A DNA stretch of 64,000 nucleotides, from IMG/VR virus record IMGVR_UViG_3300020456_000005, one strand, 5' to 3'. Positions within the stretch are counted from its first letter, which is position 1, and every line of letters begins with the position of its first letter. Positions 19,797 to 29,329 of this stretch are shown piece after piece. The stretch comes from a virus. A program made the translations under genes and the position numbers. The notes under the pieces were generated by a model. That model was not told the origin of the DNA. It worked only from the letters and a program-made list of their open reading frames with translations, and ran no database searches.

Positions 19797-21921
19797 AAAC
19801 GTAGCGAAAACATTTAGTCTAGAACAGCAAAGACAAGAGATTAATTTAATCGCTGCTGATCTACATAATCTTTCTCAAGTAGCTGAGACGGATCCAGTAT
19901 TTGGAGCTTCACCTTCTTCAGGAATAACATCTCAAAAAATTGCTAACTGGGATTTAGCATATAGCTGGGGAAACCATGCTTTATCGGGATATGCAACAGA
20001 GACCTTTGTTATTAATGCATTAACTAATATAAACAATTGGGATACTGCGTACGGTTGGGGTGATCATAGTACTGCTGGATATCTAACAAGTAATGCAATT
20101 GAAGTTTCTGATTCAGAACCAACAACACCTTCTAATGGTGATTTATGGTGGAAGAGTGATACTGGTGTACTAAAAATTTATTATACTGATGTAGATACAA
20201 GTCAGTGGGTAGATGCTAGTCCCACCTCCGCATCTGCTACCAGTCCAAAAGTATTAACTGCAGATGTTCCACCACCAAATCCAGTTAATGGTGATTTATG
20301 GTGGAAGAGTGATACTGGTGTACTAAAAATTTGGTGGGTAGATTCTGATAGTGCTCAATGGGTTGATGCATCTCCTGCAGGTGGTCTTGGTGGAGGTGGA
20401 GGTGGAGGAACACCACCATCAATTTTACATGCTAATGTAGCAGCATTCCCTCCAGTAGGAACATCAGAAAGTATCTTTGCATATGCAGATGATACTGGAT
20501 CCATGTACTATTCCAACGGTGTCAGTTGGACCAGTCAGAGATTAGTAACCACAAATGATGTTACCACATCAGACTTTGCAACCTTACTGGGTGCTACGCA
20601 ATTAACATATACAATTAATGCTTTAGACCATACTGGTAGCACTACTGCAGAAAATGCTGCAAGAAAAGTAATCAGACTTAATGATTCTGGTGGTACTACA
20701 GATCAAATTGTTTTAGTCGCAGGAACTGGACTATCAATCAGTAGAACTGGAGATGAGATTGAATTAACTAATGATGTAACAAATTCTACTTACTCTATCT
20801 CTGCAGAATCTGCTACTGGTAATGCAGATTCAATATTAAGATTGACTGATAATGCTGGTGCTACTGATGATATCACATTTGCTGGTGCAGATGGATTAAC
20901 AGTAGAACGAACTGATGCTAATACAATTACGTTCAGAGCACCTTCTGGTGGTAGTGGTGGAACATATACGGCAGAAGACGCTCAAGATGCTGCGTCTCAG
21001 TTATTTGTTAATGGAACTCATACTGGAATTTCTTTCACATATAATGACGCCAACAACACTATTGATGCAACCGTAACAGGTGGTGGAGGTGGAGGAACCA
21101 CATACGATTTACTTGGTTCAAACACTACTAGTAATAATGCAATTTTAACATTGCGTGATGCTAACAACAATGATGATAGCATTGAATTTATAGGAAGTAA
21201 CGGAACTGATATTGCTTGGGATAGTGTTAACAATAGAATTACGATCAATAGCACTGCACCTGTTCAACCTGACTGGGATGCTACATCAGGTCTCGGTGAG
21301 ATTTTAAATAAACCAACAATTCCTTCAGCATATACATTACCTGTTGCTACAACATCAACTTTAGGCGGTGTCATTCCAGACGGCACTACTATTACAATAG
21401 ATGCTAACGGTAATATTGCTGCAGCTGCGGGTGGATATGTTTTACCTACAGCAAGTGCTACTGTTCTGGGTGGTATTAAAATTGGTAGTGGATTGTCTAT
21501 TGATGGCAACGGTGTAGTCAATGCTACAGGTGGATCAACCGTACCACAGATTCAAGATCTTACTGGAACTACAGGTTCAGTTGCTGATAATAACACCACA
21601 GAACTAAATATTACAGGTTACAAAGCCTACGCATTGTTTAAAATTACAGTTGATACTGAAGCATGGGTAAGAGTATATGTGGATGATGCATCTAGAGATG
21701 CAGATTTAACACGTAGTGAAGGTCAAGATCCTAATCCAGGCAGCGGTGTTATTGCTGAAGTAAGAACTAGTGGAGCAGAATCTATTCTAACCTCTCCTGG
21801 TATTATGGGATTTAACAATGACAATCCTAGAACAGATAACATTTATCTTTCCGTCACTAATAGAAGTGGCAATCCTACCCCAATCACAGTCACTCTAACG
21901 GCACTACAAATCGGAGAATAA
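19786..21921 (+). CDS. Tail fibre-like virion protein (711 aa)
   Basis: Fibre motifs NWD.AYGWGDH, NGDLWWKSDTG (x2), YTLP.A....LGG.K.G (x2) and Gly linkers. Confidence 0.75.
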   Translation: MVLRNVAKTFSLEQQRQEINLIAADLHNLSQVAETDPVFGASPSSGITSQKIANWDLAYSWGNHALSGYATETFVINALTNINNWDTAYGWGDHSTAGYLTSNAIEVSDSEPTTPSNGDLWWKSDTGVLKIYYTDVDTSQWVDASPTSASATSPKVLTADVPPPNPVNGDLWWKSDTGVLKIWWVDSDSAQWVDASPAGGLGGGGGGGTPPSILHANVAAFPPVGTSESIFAYADDTGSMYYSNGVSWTSQRLVTTNDVTTSDFATLLGATQLTYTINALDHTGSTTAENAARKVIRLNDSGGTTDQIVLVAGTGLSISRTGDEIELTNDVTNSTYSISAESATGNADSILRLTDNAGATDDITFAGADGLTVERTDANTITFRAPSGGSGGTYTAEDAQDAASQLFVNGTHTGISFTYNDANNTIDATVTGGGGGGTTYDLLGSNTTSNNAILTLRDANNNDDSIEFIGSNGTDIAWDSVNNRITINSTAPVQPDWDATSGLGEILNKPTIPSAYTLPVATTSTLGGVIPDGTTITIDANGNIAAAAGGYVLPTASATVLGGIKIGSGLSIDGNGVVNATGGSTVPQIQDLTGTTGSVADNNTTELNITGYKAYALFKITVDTEAWVRVYVDDASRDADLTRSEGQDPNPGSGVIAEVRTSGAESILTSPGIMGFNNDNPRTDNIYLSVTNRSGNPTPITVTLTALQIGE
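20133..20332 (+). repeat. Exact 47-nt in-frame direct repeat (20133-20179 and 20286-20332)
   Basis: TAATGGTGATTTATGGTGGAAGAGTGATACTGGTGTACTAAAAATTT occurs twice, 153 nt apart. Confidence 0.9.
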
Positions 21922-21926
21922 TTAAC

Positions 21927-24278
21927 ATGACAGTTGCAACATCAATCATTGACGTAAATAACGGTAATGCAGGTTGGACCAAAGCAAACGTCATGGATGC
22001 TTTGGAGACAGCATTTTCTCAATTAGGTCTTAATGCAGGAACAGAGCAAACTAATGTTCCTCAAGGATGCATTTCACCAAGCGGTAATTTTCATTTGTAT
22101 GGTGCGGTTGATGCAGACTGGTACGATGCCAATGGTGGAGACCAAGGACCAGATTATAATTACGGTGGGGCAATAACTCAATCGTACATAGTTACTGAAG
22201 TTGGCACAGATTATAAACTTGAAAAAGTAATTAACAATAATGCTCCTTATTACGCAGGATTTGTTGATACAACAACGGATGAATTTATCTACACTCGCCA
22301 TGGATTTGAAACAGGAGATGCGGTTAAATATGCAAAAGGTCAGACAGATACAAATTTCAATGTAGGAACAACTGTAACTATTGACACTTTATATTACGTA
22401 ATTAAAACTAGTAGAGATCGTTTTCAGATAGCATCATCTTTAGCAAATGCTAATAATGGAACGCAAATTGATTTAGATGGCAATTCTGGTAGTTCATCAA
22501 CTATTGATGTTTGGACACAAGAAGCACAGCAAGCATCTGATTATATTAATCCCACAATTACCATCTATATGGGTGATACTGTTGAATTTCAAAATGCTGC
22601 TGGAAATAGTACAAATTTAACTGCCTGTATGAATACAGATAGTTTTAATAATAATCAGAGAATTGTTTATCAAGATGCTACATATGGTTCTTATCCAGTA
22701 GATGAAACTAGTATTAGTTATCGCCAAAACGTTACTAACATTAGTTGTGTTCCAGGAGCAAACTTAACTTGGAATACATCTGCTCGTCCTCAAACCGAAG
22801 CGGAACCTACAGTTCCCGCATCAGAATTAAATCCATCATTTACAAATGAACCTGGAGAAGATGGGACAGTAAAATATATTTACTGTAGTGAAGATACCGC
22901 TACAGCAAAAGGAGAAATTGTTTTAATTCCTGGTTTTATAAACCACAGTACTGCATATTATGGATATTGGAAATATACAGTTCCAGCATCTGGTAGTAGA
23001 TCAGAACTCAAATTAAGGATTTGGAGGTATGGATACAATAATGGAAGATTGGGTAATGTAACAATCCATTCTATTGGATCTGGTTGGAATGCTCAGGAAG
23101 TATTTACAATTCCTGGTGAAGCTGTTGGATTTAATGCTACCACAGGAGATATTCGGTTTGGTGTACGTACACCAGAAACTTCTAGTAATGCATATGATGG
23201 AATAGCAGAGATTAATACAACTACTCTAGGTGCTGGTTCTACTATGTTCCAGAAAAATGAAAATTTTGCTGTATTAAAAGTAGAAAACGATTCTAGTAAA
23301 AAATATAGATATGGATATTATTGTCTTACATTGAAAGACGAGGCATCAACTAATTGGAAACTTTTCATAGGTTGTGGTAGTGGATGGGATTGGATGAATC
23401 GTGCAGGAACTGCTTCAAACGTAATTGATGGTACTAATCTTGGAGCGTTCTCTGGATATCAAGGATTAGACTGGCAAAGTAGTCAGAGTGGTCCCACTCA
23501 GAGTACTACTAACTATTGGAATGTTTCAAATAACTCAACACCTACATCATACCCATTACAAATTAGAACTTATAGAGCACAAGCTCCTCAAGATACTAAT
23601 TTTTTCGTAATACAATTTTGTTCTGTCATTAATGGAATTGTTTCAGTTAATTCTACATTTACTCTTTGTGTGGGTGATGGATATGGTGCAGGTACTTTTG
23701 ACTTAGATGATGTATTTTTAGGTGGTGTTGTTAGTTACGAGTCATATGGAGGTAGTGATCTTGAAATTAAAACTTATATGCCTGGATACACTTATGCTTA
23801 TTATAGTAGCAGAAGTTCTCCAAATGAAGAACCAGTTAGTACTCAAAGTCAGGCACGAAGTGCTTTCTATGGATATATGAGAGGATATAATAGTGCTAAT
23901 TATATGTCGGATGTTTATACTCATAATATTAAAACATCTGACACAAATGCATCTTCCGTTTACTATAGAAATAGTACATATGACAAATATAATAACAAAG
24001 GAGTAGATTCAAATGCTGATTGGTTTAAACCAATCAAAACTATTCCATTATCTCAGAAAATGATTCCGTGTCCATATTATATTCCAGATGATTTTACAAT
24101 TTTACAAGTCGCAACAACACCTGGATTGATATCATTTAGACCAGGAGATACAGTTACTATTGACACAAACGAAGTGTATAAGATTATTCTTGCTTCGTAT
24201 GAATCTCAACAAACTGGTTTTGATGGAATTGCTAATAATACAACAACAGGAACATTATTCTTAGCTAGGACTACCTGA
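21927..24278 (+). CDS. Putative virion/fibre-associated protein (783 aa)
   Basis: Beta-rich, T/N/G/Y-rich composition with an HGF.TGD.V.Y module; located within the fibre cluster. Confidence 0.65.
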   Translation: MTVATSIIDVNNGNAGWTKANVMDALETAFSQLGLNAGTEQTNVPQGCISPSGNFHLYGAVDADWYDANGGDQGPDYNYGGAITQSYIVTEVGTDYKLEKVINNNAPYYAGFVDTTTDEFIYTRHGFETGDAVKYAKGQTDTNFNVGTTVTIDTLYYVIKTSRDRFQIASSLANANNGTQIDLDGNSGSSSTIDVWTQEAQQASDYINPTITIYMGDTVEFQNAAGNSTNLTACMNTDSFNNNQRIVYQDATYGSYPVDETSISYRQNVTNISCVPGANLTWNTSARPQTEAEPTVPASELNPSFTNEPGEDGTVKYIYCSEDTATAKGEIVLIPGFINHSTAYYGYWKYTVPASGSRSELKLRIWRYGYNNGRLGNVTIHSIGSGWNAQEVFTIPGEAVGFNATTGDIRFGVRTPETSSNAYDGIAEINTTTLGAGSTMFQKNENFAVLKVENDSSKKYRYGYYCLTLKDEASTNWKLFIGCGSGWDWMNRAGTASNVIDGTNLGAFSGYQGLDWQSSQSGPTQSTTNYWNVSNNSTPTSYPLQIRTYRAQAPQDTNFFVIQFCSVINGIVSVNSTFTLCVGDGYGAGTFDLDDVFLGGVVSYESYGGSDLEIKTYMPGYTYAYYSSRSSPNEEPVSTQSQARSAFYGYMRGYNSANYMSDVYTHNIKTSDTNASSVYYRNSTYDKYNNKGVDSNADWFKPIKTIPLSQKMIPCPYYIPDDFTILQVATTPGLISFRPGDTVTIDTNEVYKIILASYESQQTGFDGIANNTTTGTLFLARTT

Positions 24279-24940
24279 TGGCAGATTTTAATTTTTACGA
24301 ACCAAATTGGTCTGGTATGGTAACTGGAGATATCTCCAGTGGTGAAAGTATTGATAGTATATTTGACAATAATTTAAATACTTTTATATCAGGAAATCCT
24401 GAAGTAACCTTTACCATACCAACAGGACATCCATTCAGAACTTCTATTAATAAACTTAGAATTTATGCCACTAGATATCCAAATGGTGGGGCAGGAGGAG
24501 AGTTAATTGTTAATGGAACTGCTGTTTCTAATGTAAACACAGCAACTAGATCTTGGCATGAAGTAAGTGTCAGTTCTTTGACTGATATTAAATGGACAAA
24601 AGAAGGTGGTACAGATTCTGATTTTGCTAGTAATAGTTATGTCCTAGTTTTTGCTATTGAAATTAATGATTCTGTTCTTATAAATTTACCTCAGTTAACT
24701 GGTGGAACAGTATCGGGATTTAATACAAATCAACTAGTTGGTACTACTAATACACCTTTTGTAAATGTTGTATATTCTAGTATCGCTAGAGCTACGGGAA
24801 CAGCATCTGCCCCTAGTAGTTTTAATATAGAAGAACTTGATGAGGGTACAACTGGAGACCATTCTGCAGAGAGAGGATTCTTACGAGGAAAAAGACCGCA
24901 TAGAGGTTTGCAGTTCCCTAGAGGTTATTATAATAAATAA
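24278..24940 (+). CDS. Putative virion protein with a small jelly-roll/discoidin-like domain (220 aa)
   Basis: Translationally coupled to the upstream gene (TGATG). SIFDNNLNT...KLRIY...FAIEINDSVLI pattern and a basic C-terminal RGFLRGKRP.RGL.FPRG tail. Confidence 0.6.
   Translation: MADFNFYEPNWSGMVTGDISSGESIDSIFDNNLNTFISGNPEVTFTIPTGHPFRTSINKLRIYATRYPNGGAGGELIVNGTAVSNVNTATRSWHEVSVSSLTDIKWTKEGGTDSDFASNSYVLVFAIEINDSVLINLPQLTGGTVSGFNTNQLVGTTNTPFVNVVYSSIARATGTASAPSSFNIEELDEGTTGDHSAERGFLRGKRPHRGLQFPRGYYNK
24932..24939 (+). promoter_or_regulatory. Late promoter-like motif
   Basis: AATAAATA overlapping the upstream stop, about 25 nt before the ATG at 24965. Confidence 0.55.
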
Positions 24941-24964
24941 ATCAGAAGATAGTCTGGTCTAGAA

Positions 24965-27601
24965 ATGGCAATTAATTTCCCTTCAACTACGGGACAAGCA
25001 ACTGATGGTTCTTTTACCCACGCAGTTGGTAATATCACTTATAGGTGGAACGGAGTTAGTTGGTCTGCAAGTATTAGTGGTGGTGGCGGTGGTAGTTCTT
25101 ATGATGATTCCAGTGTTGACGCACATCTTAATAGAGCAACTGCTGCTGACAATGAAGTTCTAAGTTGGAATGGTGCAGATTATGATTGGGTCGCTCAATC
25201 TAGTGGAGGATCATCTCTATCAAATATCGCTGATGCAGGATATGGTGTTGATATTACTGGTAAGGCTGCTCTAACAGATGGTATTGATATTGATATTGGT
25301 GGTAGTATTAATGCAGCAGGAACTTCTATTGACTTTCAAAATACTACTATAAGCTTTAGTGGAGCATCTATTGGTGGACTGCAATCCACTATCAATGATG
25401 GTGTTGATTTCCATCTGAATAATAATAGTATAAGTTCTGGAAAAATTTTAAGTTGGAATGGTTCTGATTATGCTTGGATTGACCAATCTAGCGGTAGTGG
25501 GGGATCAATATACAACACAATTGGTCTTGAGGGTTGGGTTAAAGTACATAATGCACCGATATTGTTCACTCAGGCATTAGATGATACAACAGGTGCTAGC
25601 AACCAACCATTTTGGTTACAAAATTATGTCGCTGCTGTTCAGGGAATATCCTCTAATGCAGCAGCGACTCTTTCAACAGTTGCTACTGGAGGACATAACG
25701 CATTTACATCAGACACTACGCTTCAAGCAGCAATTAGAACTGCTGTTGGATCAAGTAATCCGTCTGGAGCTATTACAAATGCACAGTTCCCTATTGTCCC
25801 TACAGATAATCAAACTCATACTGTAGATGGTGTATCTTATCCAGTTATGGGTAAATTGTATGTTCCTACAGGTCTAACAGAAAATCAAGTTGATGTTGTA
25901 GTTCTATTCCATGGAACTCTTCCTGAAGGTGGTACTTATACTATTGGACAAGCAGCAGTAGATATGCTTGATAGATTTGTAAGTACTGATACTACAAATG
26001 CTAATTATACAACTCTTAATATAAGAGATAAGATTGTTTTTTCTGTAGCATATCCTCAAGATCATATCCCTCAGAATAGACAGTTTAATTTAACAGGTGT
26101 TGGTACAGAACAAGCAGATTTCTTGTTAGGAGATAACCTGCCTTATGCTAGAGCAGCAGTTGGATGGGTTCAGAATTCTTTGGATGCTTATATTGCAGCA
26201 CAGGGTGGTAGTAAAACTATTGGAAATGTTTATCTGTTTGGTCACTCTCAAGGTGGTAAATTAGTTGCCAAGATTAACACTTTAGATACTGGTATTACTG
26301 GTGTTGTTTCAAACTCACCTGGTCCTATTCATCTTGACCAAACTTGTGCAGCACAACCAGGAGGAACATCTTGTTCAAAAATTTCTGCAATTCATGGTTA
26401 TCCTGTTAACGTAACTATCACAGATAGTAGTAGTGGCGGATCATCTACATTTACTGGATTAACAGATACTCCATCCTCATTAACTGCAGATAAATGGTTA
26501 AAAGTAAATTCTGCAGCAAATGCTCTAGAATTTGTTGACTCACCATCTGGTGGATCTGGAACTCTTACAGTTGCAACTTCTAATGCTGCAAGAGAATATA
26601 ATTATAATGATCTTCCTGGAACAGCGACTGCATATGGTTTGAATACTGCTGCAAATGTTGCCCCACAGAATACACCAACATACACAAATACTGATGGGTA
26701 TACTTTTCCAATATCAAATCCAGTAAATCACCCAGATCCAGTTTCTTTAGCATTTGATGGAAGAACTGACACATATATTGCTGTTACTAGTTCTGTTGAT
26801 GATGGTGTAGTTGAATTGGTATTTACAAATCCAATTGCAGTAGGAAATTTAGATAAATTGGTACTTGGATTTGATGGCAATATTGAGTGTGGATTTAATG
26901 GTGGTAATTATGTTACTGCATCAGGAGCAACTGGAAATGTTACAGAATTAACAGTAAGTTCTACAGCAAACCAAACTCTTAATAAGTTAACTTTCAAAAC
27001 CCCAACAGCATCAGGTGCTGTTGGTAACTTATACTATGTTATTGCTTCGTTTGGTGGAAGTCAGAGCAGATTGAGAATTAAAGAAACAGATATTTCTGTA
27101 GGAAGTTCTGGAACAGGTGATAATCAATTGATTATGCATGATAGTAGTGTTGTTATACATCTCACTCCATCAGAAGTAAATAAAGTAGTTGCAGTAAAAA
27201 CTGATATTCCTAGACAAATTATTCTTCCCGCAGGAGCATTGATGACTCCAGGAGATACTGTTACTGTTATTGATGTTGGTCATGGTCCTTACGACAGAGA
27301 CGATACTAATCTGTATCCATTTGCTACTCCAACCATGGGATTCCCTTATTATACGTACAATAGTGGTAATTCATCTTATGCTCCTATTTTGATTTACCCA
27401 GATAGAGATGATGGAGTTCAAGGAACAAATATTCAACCATGGAATTCTGGTAATTCTATTACAGTTTATGGTACAGCACAAAATGGTGGTAAATATGTTA
27501 CAGAACCATTCCACGGTATGCCATTTGCAATCAATAAAAATGGCGGATCTATTAAATTGATGTGGATTGGTCCAAGTTACGGTTGGCGTGTCTTACCATA
27601 A
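24965..27601 (+). CDS. Mosaic fibre protein with a partial alpha/beta-hydrolase domain (878 aa)
   Basis: MAINFP anchor, two VD.HLN...LSWNG.DY.W repeats, internal VVLFHG and YLFGHSQGG motifs, and a C-terminal LPA...GD.V.VID..W fibre/baseplate module. Confidence 0.7.
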   Translation: MAINFPSTTGQATDGSFTHAVGNITYRWNGVSWSASISGGGGGSSYDDSSVDAHLNRATAADNEVLSWNGADYDWVAQSSGGSSLSNIADAGYGVDITGKAALTDGIDIDIGGSINAAGTSIDFQNTTISFSGASIGGLQSTINDGVDFHLNNNSISSGKILSWNGSDYAWIDQSSGSGGSIYNTIGLEGWVKVHNAPILFTQALDDTTGASNQPFWLQNYVAAVQGISSNAAATLSTVATGGHNAFTSDTTLQAAIRTAVGSSNPSGAITNAQFPIVPTDNQTHTVDGVSYPVMGKLYVPTGLTENQVDVVVLFHGTLPEGGTYTIGQAAVDMLDRFVSTDTTNANYTTLNIRDKIVFSVAYPQDHIPQNRQFNLTGVGTEQADFLLGDNLPYARAAVGWVQNSLDAYIAAQGGSKTIGNVYLFGHSQGGKLVAKINTLDTGITGVVSNSPGPIHLDQTCAAQPGGTSCSKISAIHGYPVNVTITDSSSGGSSTFTGLTDTPSSLTADKWLKVNSAANALEFVDSPSGGSGTLTVATSNAAREYNYNDLPGTATAYGLNTAANVAPQNTPTYTNTDGYTFPISNPVNHPDPVSLAFDGRTDTYIAVTSSVDDGVVELVFTNPIAVGNLDKLVLGFDGNIECGFNGGNYVTASGATGNVTELTVSSTANQTLNKLTFKTPTASGAVGNLYYVIASFGGSQSRLRIKETDISVGSSGTGDNQLIMHDSSVVIHLTPSEVNKVVAVKTDIPRQIILPAGALMTPGDTVTVIDVGHGPYDRDDTNLYPFATPTMGFPYYTYNSGNSSYAPILIYPDRDDGVQGTNIQPWNSGNSITVYGTAQNGGKYVTEPFHGMPFAINKNGGSIKLMWIGPSYGWRVLP

Positions 27602-27604
27602 ATA
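27597..27604 (+). promoter_or_regulatory. Late promoter-like motif
   Basis: CATAAATA containing the upstream stop codon. Confidence 0.55.
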
Positions 27605-27627
27605 TAAACATAGAGAACATATAAAAA

Positions 27628-29289
27628 ATGGCAACTACTCCTCAGCAGACAATAGGAATTGAGCAGGAATATTCCTACGCATATCAAGGTGCGGATGGTA
27701 TGTGGGTCATGACCAAAGAAGAGTTTGAAGGTCATTATTCGTTTAATTCTGAGAGAATTGGTTCCATTGGAACATTTTGGGAAATCCCACTTTTAGTGGG
27801 TCAAGATAGATTGACCTTAGGAGAGTGGCCAGGTGGTAATTGGTTAGGATGGACTGGTGCAGCTGTTGCTCAAGATGGAAACATTTATTCTTGTCCAATT
27901 GGAGATGTTGGAGCAAAAAATATAATTCTCAATACTAAGTCAGATATAGGTTATCAATTTTCCAATCACATGCAAGGTATGATTGGTGTTGTATCACACC
28001 CAAATGGAAAACTTTATACTATTCCAGGTTATGGACATATTGTTGAAATTGATCCGACTAACAAAACAAGTTATATGATAAATCCAAATGGGCATACATC
28101 TACCGACATATTTGATGCTAGTGGTAAGTCCAGTGGATTAGGTACAGGATTTCACCGAAACACATTTTGTGCTGGTGTAGTAGCGCCAAATAATAAGTGC
28201 ATTTATTACATTCCAGATGATGCAGATCAAGTTGTAAAATTAAATCCAGCGACAAGATCTATAGAACTTATTGGAACTCAATCTGGTGCTATTGGATATA
28301 CAGGAAATTCATCGTGGAATACTTGGAATAATTCTGGTTCTGGAAAATTCTGTACTGGTGTATTAGGACCAGATGGAATGATTTATATGATTGGGTGTTA
28401 CCATAGAGCTATTGGTAAAATTGATCCATATACTGATACTGTTACTTGGACACATAAAGCAATTACAAATACCGAAACTCTTCCAATTGATGGAGGGGAT
28501 CCAGATCATTGGTATAGAATTGATTCGTATCAAGGTTGGACTGGTTTAATGGGTGATCCGAACAATTCATACATTTCACCAATGCTCAAACCAACGCAAT
28601 CTGCTTGCTTGGCTCCAGATGGTTGGATTTATATTCTCCCATATCAATATCCATGGATTATGAAATATAATCCTCTCTTGAATATTTTCAGAATGCATGT
28701 GGGAGATGCTGATTGGGCTACACTGAATTTAAATGCATTGAAAGAACTTGCTGTAGGAGGTTGGGGTGCAGATACAGATCAATTACAGAATCGTCATAAG
28801 CACACAGGTGCTTTTGTAGCAGCGGATGGCAATGTATATGCTGGTCCAGGTAGACATTGGGTTCACAGAGGTGGTGGATCAACTGACATTAGTGATGCAG
28901 ATACTCCTACAGATAGCACAACTGACAACTATAATTTCAGTATTTTAAAAGTTATCACTGGTGTAAATGCTATCCCTAAAGATTTTACTGATGCAGAAAA
29001 AGCACAGGGTTTCTCAACTCCAGCAATTAAACCACAAGGAAACATGGCAGTAAACTGGTCTAATATGGATGATAATTGGCGTACATGTATTTTGGGTCCA
29101 AATGGACATATGTATTGTATTCCTGGTAAAAATAAAAATGGAACTACCACACTTACTAATGACCAAGATGGTGAGACTTGGAACCTACCACAAGGAGCAC
29201 TTGAAATTCATTTAGGTGTTGTTGCAAAACCAGCAGAAGAGTTGTACGGTCCATATATCACAACTCAGTCATCTGTATCACGCCACTGA
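27628..29289 (+). CDS. Predicted 7-bladed beta-propeller protein (553 aa)
   Basis: Seven repeats of roughly G-x-V/L-x-P-D/N-G-x-I-Y-x-I-P. Confidence 0.65.
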   Translation: MATTPQQTIGIEQEYSYAYQGADGMWVMTKEEFEGHYSFNSERIGSIGTFWEIPLLVGQDRLTLGEWPGGNWLGWTGAAVAQDGNIYSCPIGDVGAKNIILNTKSDIGYQFSNHMQGMIGVVSHPNGKLYTIPGYGHIVEIDPTNKTSYMINPNGHTSTDIFDASGKSSGLGTGFHRNTFCAGVVAPNNKCIYYIPDDADQVVKLNPATRSIELIGTQSGAIGYTGNSSWNTWNNSGSGKFCTGVLGPDGMIYMIGCYHRAIGKIDPYTDTVTWTHKAITNTETLPIDGGDPDHWYRIDSYQGWTGLMGDPNNSYISPMLKPTQSACLAPDGWIYILPYQYPWIMKYNPLLNIFRMHVGDADWATLNLNALKELAVGGWGADTDQLQNRHKHTGAFVAADGNVYAGPGRHWVHRGGGSTDISDADTPTDSTTDNYNFSILKVITGVNAIPKDFTDAEKAQGFSTPAIKPQGNMAVNWSNMDDNWRTCILGPNGHMYCIPGKNKNGTTTLTNDQDGETWNLPQGALEIHLGVVAKPAEELYGPYITTQSSVSRH

Positions 29290-29297
29290 TTATGACA

Positions 29298-29305
29298 CAT
29301 AAATA
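29298..29305 (+). promoter_or_regulatory. Late promoter-like motif
   Basis: CATAAATA followed by a GGAAGGAG Shine-Dalgarno-like sequence upstream of 29330. Confidence 0.6.
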
Positions 29306-29329
29306 GGACGGAAGGAGCACTCTCTAGAA

